A model generated the notes under the pieces. The model was given only the letters and a program-made list of their open reading frames with translations, was not told the origin of the DNA and searched no databases. Source: a virus. From it: a stretch of 64,000 nucleotides of DNA. The stretch covers positions 7,658-71,657 of the IMG/VR virus record IMGVR_UViG_3300008120_000139; one strand, given 5' to 3'. The position numbers and the translations under genes are program-made. Below, one piece after another: positions 59,595 through 64,000 of this stretch; positions within the stretch are counted from its first letter, which is position 1; every line of letters starts with the position of its first letter.

Positions 59595-60153
59595 TCAACG
59601 TGCTTATAAAGTTACAGCAGCAGATATTAACAGCGTTGTTTTATACAATGTTACTATGACACGAAATATTGATGTTAACGGACAATTTTTATTCGAAGGA
59701 TTTCATACTACAGGTGGTTGCGGAGTAGCACAACAATCGGGAGTTTTAATATTATTAAAAGATACAATAAATTGGACTAAAATTTGTTTTAAATGGGAAG
59801 GAACAGGTATTTCTTCTTGTTGGAGTTTTATGGATACCGGGGGAACTAATTACGGTTCTGAAACAGGCACAGCTACTGGAAATTTATTAACTTATTCTGA
59901 AGGTTCAGGGGATAGATTGCACGATAATTTTTTAACATGGGATGTACCGGCGTATCAATCTCACCCAAGAACAATAGGATGCAATAATGATGCAAATAAT
60001 TTTTTTAGATTTAATGAAACTTCATTTAAAAGATTTAGAATGACTAGAAGAAGAAATGTCGGTACTGGTTTTGCCGGAATACATCACGGAAGAAGTTGTA
60101 ACACTACTGGGTCAACTGCTATTACACGAATTTCTGAAATTTTTGTTTGGTAA
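59578..60153 (+). CDS. Hypothetical Cys/Trp/Gly-rich protein
   Basis: 191-aa ORF within the lectin cluster. Confidence 0.65.
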   Translation: MATHYNQRAYKVTAADINSVVLYNVTMTRNIDVNGQFLFEGFHTTGGCGVAQQSGVLILLKDTINWTKICFKWEGTGISSCWSFMDTGGTNYGSETGTATGNLLTYSEGSGDRLHDNFLTWDVPAYQSHPRTIGCNNDANNFFRFNETSFKRFRMTRRRNVGTGFAGIHHGRSCNTTGSTAITRISEIFVW

Positions 60154-60159
60154 TAAATC

Positions 60160-61323
60160 ATGGCGCTAACTCACTCTTCTAAAGTTGCTACAGATGGACT
60201 AGTATTTTACTATGACATGGCAAATATTCAAAAATCTTTTACTGGTCCACCTACTACTAATTTAAACTCTTCACTAACTTATACTCAAAGCTGGAATAAT
60301 AGTGGATTAGCTACATGGTCAGCGGATGATCAATCTATTCCGCGATTATTTTCTAATCATCCTGTGTCATCGATGACAAAAGACACTGAAGGAAATAGTC
60401 ATATAGGCTTAGGAAATGCAGTGTTGTCGACAAGTACAACCTATGCAGTATCGATTTATTGTTATATTCCTTCAAATAATGGATTAGCATTAACAGGAAC
60501 TGTACCTTATATGAGAACATTTCCGTCAAATATTAGTAAAGGCGGATTGACTTATAACGGAAATTCGGATTGGAATCAATGGCCTAGAAATACATGGGTT
60601 CGTTCAACCGGAACGTTTTTTAATGGCACTGATACTTCCATGTACATTTCGTGCTATTTAAATACAGCAACTAATAAAATAGGATTTACTGCACCACAAT
60701 TTGAGGCTCAGTCTTTTGCTACTACCTATGTTAACGGAACTAGGTCGTCTACACAGGCTTTAAGAGATTTAACAGGTAGAAATACTGTTACAACTAATAG
60801 TTTAACTTACGATAGTAATGAAATATTTAGATTTAATGGTATCTCGGACTACATCAATTTAGGTACATCAATACAACTAAGTGATAATTTAAGTTTATCC
60901 GTATGGCATAAAAATCCTAATACTGGATTTATTGTTGATCAAGGTGATATTGGGACTGACCCAAATGGTTGTCTCGAGTGGACAAATTATGGATTATCAT
61001 TGGCTTCTAATAATTTAAGTGGAGTTATTGATTCAACAACAGTGTCATCTTTAAATACTGCTCAGTGGAATAATGTTGTATGTACCTTTAAAAGTGGACA
61101 AGTAAATTTTTATTTAAATGGAAATTTAACTTTAACAACAACAACTAGTTTTACAAGTTTTTCACCGCAAGGACACATTTTAAAAATTGGAAGGCGAGCA
61201 TTCAGTACATCAAGCATATTCTCGGGAACAATCGGTGCTGTTCAAATTTATAATAATAAAATTTTAACGGCAGACGAAGTCCGACAAAATTTTAATGCAT
61301 TACGCGGGAGATATGGAATATGA
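60160..61323 (+). CDS. Two-domain protein: carbohydrate-binding-like domain plus LamG (paralogue 4)
   Basis: GLVFYYDMAN, APQFEAQSFATTYVNGTRS, FNGISDY, EVRQNFNALRGRYGI. Confidence 0.75.
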   Translation: MALTHSSKVATDGLVFYYDMANIQKSFTGPPTTNLNSSLTYTQSWNNSGLATWSADDQSIPRLFSNHPVSSMTKDTEGNSHIGLGNAVLSTSTTYAVSIYCYIPSNNGLALTGTVPYMRTFPSNISKGGLTYNGNSDWNQWPRNTWVRSTGTFFNGTDTSMYISCYLNTATNKIGFTAPQFEAQSFATTYVNGTRSSTQALRDLTGRNTVTTNSLTYDSNEIFRFNGISDYINLGTSIQLSDNLSLSVWHKNPNTGFIVDQGDIGTDPNGCLEWTNYGLSLASNNLSGVIDSTTVSSLNTAQWNNVVCTFKSGQVNFYLNGNLTLTTTTSFTSFSPQGHILKIGRRAFSTSSIFSGTIGAVQIYNNKILTADEVRQNFNALRGRYGI

Positions 61324-62561
61324 GTGTATTTGCTGGCCCTTCTATTTCGACTAATGGCTTAGTATTTCACTATGATATGTCAAATACTCAAAAATCATGG
61401 GTAGGTGCACCTACTACTAATTTAATATCCGATCCTTATGCATTAGCAGGAAACCCCTCGCCATTGGCTTTATCAGGATATGAAGCAACTAATACAAGAA
61501 CAACAACTTTGCCTTTGTCAGACATGGCAAATATATCCAGTACATGGTTCGTAAGCACAAAAACAACAAGCACTAATGGCAGGGTGTTTTTTTTAAGTGT
61601 CGGTTCTTTATCTACTATGACCGATTACAGTTTTAGTATGTATGCTTATACACAAGATGCTAACATATCAAGAATTATTTGTAGTACAGATAATAGTGTA
61701 ATATCACCAATTAAAACAGAGCTTGGATATAATATTAGTAATAGAGGAACTATACAAAGAATTAACTGTGTATTTACAAGTACAAACGGTGGTCAATCTA
61801 TCGGTGTCCGAGTCGGTAACGCAGACCCGGTTGGTTCAACTTTTTATTTTACAGGAATTCAGGTAGAATCTCAATCATTTCCTACACCTATTGTAAATGG
61901 AACTAGATCAACAACATCATCTGTAATTGATTTAACAAGAAATAATGTTATTACCGCAACTAGTTTAACTTATTTAAGCAGTGGAACATTTAGTTTTAAT
62001 GGCAGTTCTGATTTTTTAAGACCAAATATAACTCATAGCTATCTTAGTTCTAGCTCTTTAGAAGTTTGGTTTAGATCAACTTCTCACGGTGGCGCCGGTG
62101 TGAAAAAAACAATTTTTGGATATAGTCATAATGAAGGATTTAGTTATCCGACAATAGGATCAATTTATTTAGAAAATAATAATCTTTCGGCGTCTGTTAT
62201 TACAGCTAGTCAAGTTTATAGAACTGTAACAGCAGCATCTACTATATCAACATCCACATGGTACCATGCAGTTCTTAACAAAGATACTATTAACGGAACA
62301 CTTAATTTATATTTGAATGGCGTGTTATCAGGCACGCAAACGTTTGATCCTGTATCGTATGGACAATGGACTACTACTGGCACATTTATAGGTGTAAACG
62401 TGTTAGATATTGGAAAATCTACAAATAATAGTGTCGGGCAAGGATGGTCTACAGCATATTTTTCTGGATCAATTCCTGTAGCTAAAGTTTATAGTAGAGT
62501 GCTTACTGACGCAGAAATCCAAAGTAATTTCAACGCCACTCGCAGTAGGTTTGGATTATAA
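61320..62561 (+). CDS. Two-domain protein: carbohydrate-binding-like domain plus LamG (paralogue 5)
   Basis: GLVFHYDMSN, GIQVESQSFPTPIVNGTRS, WYHAVL..LYLNG, EIQSNFNATRSRFGL. Confidence 0.75.
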   Translation: MSVFAGPSISTNGLVFHYDMSNTQKSWVGAPTTNLISDPYALAGNPSPLALSGYEATNTRTTTLPLSDMANISSTWFVSTKTTSTNGRVFFLSVGSLSTMTDYSFSMYAYTQDANISRIICSTDNSVISPIKTELGYNISNRGTIQRINCVFTSTNGGQSIGVRVGNADPVGSTFYFTGIQVESQSFPTPIVNGTRSTTSSVIDLTRNNVITATSLTYLSSGTFSFNGSSDFLRPNITHSYLSSSSLEVWFRSTSHGGAGVKKTIFGYSHNEGFSYPTIGSIYLENNNLSASVITASQVYRTVTAASTISTSTWYHAVLNKDTINGTLNLYLNGVLSGTQTFDPVSYGQWTTTGTFIGVNVLDIGKSTNNSVGQGWSTAYFSGSIPVAKVYSRVLTDAEIQSNFNATRSRFGL

Positions 62562-62584
62562 ATATAGAATAACGAAAAAAAATT

Positions 62585-63538
62585 ATGCCATTAGCTGACC
62601 GTAACATTTTAATTACTCCGAATAGAGGCGCTAGCACAGAACCTACTATCCGCTTTACAGGAGCAGATACAAGTACTAGTGCGACTATAACACTGAGAGT
62701 ATTAAACTCAGGTACAGTAGGTACACTGAGTTTCGAAGGGTCAGCAGGACAATTATTTTCTTTGAGTGATAGCTTTGCAGGTACAATTTTTAGCGTAAAC
62801 GACGTTTCGGGTATTCCTAGTATCGAAGTATTAGATACTGGCGAGATTCGGATGGCACAATATAACGGATTTGTTGATATATTAAGTTCGACTTCTGCTA
62901 CTTCTACAAATTCAGGTGCATTACAGGTAGTGGGCGGTGTTGGTATTGGTGGTGATTTATATGTCGGCGGCACCATAGTTGGTAATGTAAGTGGAACAAT
63001 TACTACATCGAGTACAATTAATACAGTTTTAAGAACATCTACAGCAACACACTTTTTAACATTTGTTGATTCGAATAATTCTAGTGCCTCTGCTGAAAAT
63101 TTATACACAACAAGTAGTGTTGCTGTTAATCCTGGTTCTGGCAATGTAAGCTTAAACACAACTCCGTCAACGTATAGATTAGATGTAAACGGTACTGTAA
63201 GAGTATCTGGAATATTGTCTGCACAACAAACAATTTCAGTCACTAGTGCAACAACTAATTTAGATTTTAGTCAGTACGATCACTTTTTGTTGAACATGAC
63301 AACAAATACTACACTAACAGTGTCTAATCTATCTTATAAAATTGGATGCACTGGCAACATTTTGTTTAGACAAGACGTAACAGGAGGAAGAACATTTACA
63401 AAAGCTACTGAAATGAAAACACCGTTAGGCGGAGCAGCAATAGCACAAGTTACTTCTTCTAATGCACTTTCATTATTAACTTATTATGTTGTAGATAGCT
63501 CTACAGCTATAGTAAATTATATCGGTAACTTTGCATGA
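62585..63538 (+). CDS. Short tail fibre-like protein
   Basis: Shares the GQLFS.SDSF.GTIF.VND.SG.PSIEV.DTG module with the 48268 gene; TATAAATA at 62557-64. Confidence 0.7.
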   Translation: MPLADRNILITPNRGASTEPTIRFTGADTSTSATITLRVLNSGTVGTLSFEGSAGQLFSLSDSFAGTIFSVNDVSGIPSIEVLDTGEIRMAQYNGFVDILSSTSATSTNSGALQVVGGVGIGGDLYVGGTIVGNVSGTITTSSTINTVLRTSTATHFLTFVDSNNSSASAENLYTTSSVAVNPGSGNVSLNTTPSTYRLDVNGTVRVSGILSAQQTISVTSATTNLDFSQYDHFLLNMTTNTTLTVSNLSYKIGCTGNILFRQDVTGGRTFTKATEMKTPLGGAAIAQVTSSNALSLLTYYVVDSSTAIVNYIGNFA

Positions 63539-64000
63539 CCAACGGTGTAGGATTTTGGGAACTAAAAAAATGGAGTACTAGCGCTGGTACGGTGTTCAGC
63601 ACCTCTACTAGCTGGAATACTTCTGTAACTACGTCTCGAAGCACTTCTACATCATGGTCTACGTCAGTTAGTACTTCAACATCTTGGAATACATCAGTAA
63701 GTACTTCGGTTAGTACTTCGACTAGTTGGACTACTTCGTGGAATACATCAGTTAGTACTTCGACTAGTTGGACTACATCTGTAAGTACAAGTACTTCTTG
63801 GACAACTTCTGTATCAACATCAGTTAGTACTTCAACTAGTTGGACTACATCTGTAAGTACGTCAACATCTTGGACAACTTCTGTAAGTACATCAACTTCG
63901 TGGACTACATCAGTTACAACTTCAAGAAGTACTTCAACTTCGTGGACTACTTCATGGTCAACTTCTGTAAGTACAAGTACAAGTTGGTCAACTGCTGTAA
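63535..64000 (+). CDS. Ser/Thr/Trp repeat protein, truncated at the right window edge
   Basis: ATGA overlap with the previous stop; MTNGVGFWELKKWSTSAGTVF then (WTTSVSTSTS)n-type repeats, open to the end of the window. Confidence 0.85.
   Translation, partial: MTNGVGFWELKKWSTSAGTVFSTSTSWNTSVTTSRSTSTSWSTSVSTSTSWNTSVSTSVSTSTSWTTSWNTSVSTSTSWTTSVSTSTSWTTSVSTSVSTSTSWTTSVSTSTSWTTSVSTSTSWTTSVTTSRSTSTSWTTSWSTSVSTSTSWSTAV

Noticed and set aside
3191-62530. Many short antisense or nested ORFs in the ORF track (e.g. 3191, 7526, 14861, 29728, 31367, 44306, 45204, 62530)
   Set aside because: They are shadows of long genes with biased codon usage, with no recognisable motifs
57213-62561. Diversity-generating retroelement acting on the lectin genes
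   Set aside because: No reverse transcriptase in the window, and I saw no template/variable repeat pair differing only at adenines
63590-64000. CRISPR-like or non-coding tandem array
   Set aside because: Units are in-frame coding repeats with synonymous variation and no unique spacers
1-64000. Stop-codon reassignment as the cause of the split genes
   Set aside because: Core genes are intact in the standard code, and both breaks are frame changes rather than in-frame stops

Overview
This is an AT-rich, gene-dense segment of a large T4-like (T4-superfamily) myophage genome, standard genetic code, made almost entirely of virion genes. 1-16776 (- strand) is a baseplate cluster: a >2000-aa protein running off the left edge, gp6-, gp25-, gp53- and gp48/54-like genes, and a gp5-like spike ending in a GH19 hydrolase. 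16.8-21.3 kb (+) is a sigma70-driven island: a gp55-like late sigma factor (frame broken), gp47/gp46, and a small GIY-YIG nuclease. Directly after the nuclease lies a ~470-nt ORF-free, GC-enriched stretch with many helices and several pseudoknot-type pairings; this candidate large structured ncRNA is the most novel-looking element. Next come a chaperone-like gene pair joined by a T TTT TTC -1 frameshift site, a split tape-measure-like gene, the head module (portal, protease, scaffold, major capsid), and ~30 kb of modular fibre/adhesin genes. These include a 2228-aa protein with ~160-aa KCxRD repeats reminiscent of phycobiliproteins, five LamG/ConA-like paralogues, and a Ser/Thr/Trp repeat protein at the right edge. 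TAAATA late-promoter motifs precede most structural genes; four sit 4-5 nt from an ATG, suggesting leaderless mRNAs. Product calls rest on motifs recognised by eye and on synteny; no searches were run.
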